Of a stretch of 64,000 nt of DNA, positions 62,677 through 64,000 are shown one piece after another. Source of the DNA: Rhizodiscina lignyota (taxonomy: Eukaryota); assembly GCA_010015805.1 (NCBI GenBank), contig ML978122.1, forward strand, positions 2,266,453-2,330,452, given 5' to 3'. The notes under the pieces are model-generated. The model saw only the letters and a list, made by a program, of their open reading frames with translations. It ran no database searches and was not told where the DNA came from. The position numbers and the translations under genes were made by a program. Within the stretch, counting starts at the first letter, position 1, and every line of letters begins with the position of its first letter.

Positions 62677-64000
62677 ATGGATGTGATCGATCTCACTCAG
62701 GACGATCCCAAGCCGATGATGAATGAGGTGATCGATCTCACCCAGGACGATCCCAAGCCGGTGACGTGTGAGGTAATAGACCTTACGAGATATGATGCAG
62801 ATGCATCTCAGGAACAAGACCAATCCGCTCCACGTGTCAGCTCCGAGCCTGCTGAGGGCCTCGGGATCTGTTTCTTTTGCGGCAATGGCTTAAGCAATCC
62901 CAAGCACATTTCGAGCTATCGAGCATTTCGATTCGCCGTCTGTGACTGCGTAAGTGGAGTACCAAATTGATGAACCGCGATTTGAGCTTACACGGTGTCA
63001 GGAGATGCGCATAGCGTTAGTTAGCACGAAGAACGTACACTCAGTATACTATAGCACTCCTCCCCTTCAGACATCTCTCGCTTCAATCGATCCACGATAT
63101 TCGCCACTTCTTGCTCGCTGTGTGCAGGCCTGCAGTGGATGTACATTCGACGGCGCTCTGCCTGAGCTAGACGTAGAGCGCTTAATGTGTATGCACCATC
63201 GACAATGCAGCCTGCAAAGCCTGAGAACCATTCAACTTCGGAGCTCTGAGGAGGCTGGTGCGACTAGCCCGACATCAAGTTGCGAGGAGAGTGCCATGAA
63301 TGACAACATCGACGATGAGGCAAATGCTCCCGAGCAAAATTGGGTTGGTCTCGAGAGCGAGATCGACGACTTCGAGGGTTCCTCTAATGAACCTAAGGAT
63401 GAACTTGAAGATTGCGATCTGCCAGGCCTTCCCATACTCAAGCGAGCAGTCTTCAGGCTCCGAGGAGCAGACATTTCAGATGCAACGAATGTCGGCATGA
63501 AGAGGAAACGAAACGACGATATAGACGGCCATGTCAGCTGTCGTATATGTCTAGAACCTATCATTCGTTCCAACGGTCTCGCGGACGATCCTAAGGCTCT
63601 CAGGTGTGGCCACGAATTCCATTCCAGTTGCATTCGTTCATGGCTTTTAAAGGCATTGAGTTGCCCAGTTTGTCGTTGCGAACCGTTCCAGCAGGACGTA
63701 CAAGAAGCTGTCAAGAGTGAGCGGGAGCGATATCGAAACAACATCGAGGAATTCCGCAGTCTATGGGAGCAAGAGCAAGATATAGAAAACAAATGGGAGA
63801 ACGGATACAAGCGCCTAGAATCTCTCGAACAGCAGCAAGATGATCTCGAAGTTCAGCTCGAAGAGGCAAACAAATGGCTAGAATCTCTCAAACAGCGGCA
63901 GCATGATCTTGATACTGATTTTAAGGATTATCGGAACTGGGAAGACAGCCAAAACGATGCTTTGAGGGGTATTTGGAAGCGTAGACGTACCCTAATAGGT
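62677..64000 (+). CDS. Triple-SIM + RING-H2 + coiled-coil protein (runs off the window end)
   Basis: TATA at about 62492; VIDLT x3; intron 62950-63001 gives a frame open to the window end containing CRICLEP..CGHEFHSSCIRSW....CPVCR. Confidence 0.7.

Overview
Eukaryotic DNA from a filamentous ascomycete (short GT-AG introns with CTRAC-type branch sites; a RIP-like mutated transposon). Positions 1-37 kb are mostly core genes: HET-domain protein, UDP-glycosyltransferase, RPB8, Nudix hydrolase, GPAT/DHAPAT acyltransferase, mitochondrial S12, ESF2, BCP1 and GMP synthase. Two small islands interrupt them: three paralogous Cys/Thr-rich secreted proteins (17-20.4 kb) and a five-gene lipid-oriented block of PGS1-like, PAQR/Izh, TLC, P450 and MFS genes (22.4-33.4 kb). 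The best candidate for an undescribed system is at 38-46.7 kb. A secreted Kex2-processed repeat precursor (3x MAMNPTQW[Q/K]NADEVNF plus DQEGY-type peptides) sits beside two intron-split DUF3328/UstYa oxidases and a Zn2Cys6 regulator, i.e. a compact dikaritin-type fungal RiPP cluster whose peptides match none I know. After a RIP-degraded pogo/Fot1-like transposase (47.3-48.3 kb) the window becomes an accessory-looking region of orphan genes (chromodomain, truncated Zn2Cys6, DUF3716-like, SIM+RING-H2) and structured non-coding repeats. All gene models were spliced by eye and no database searches were run.
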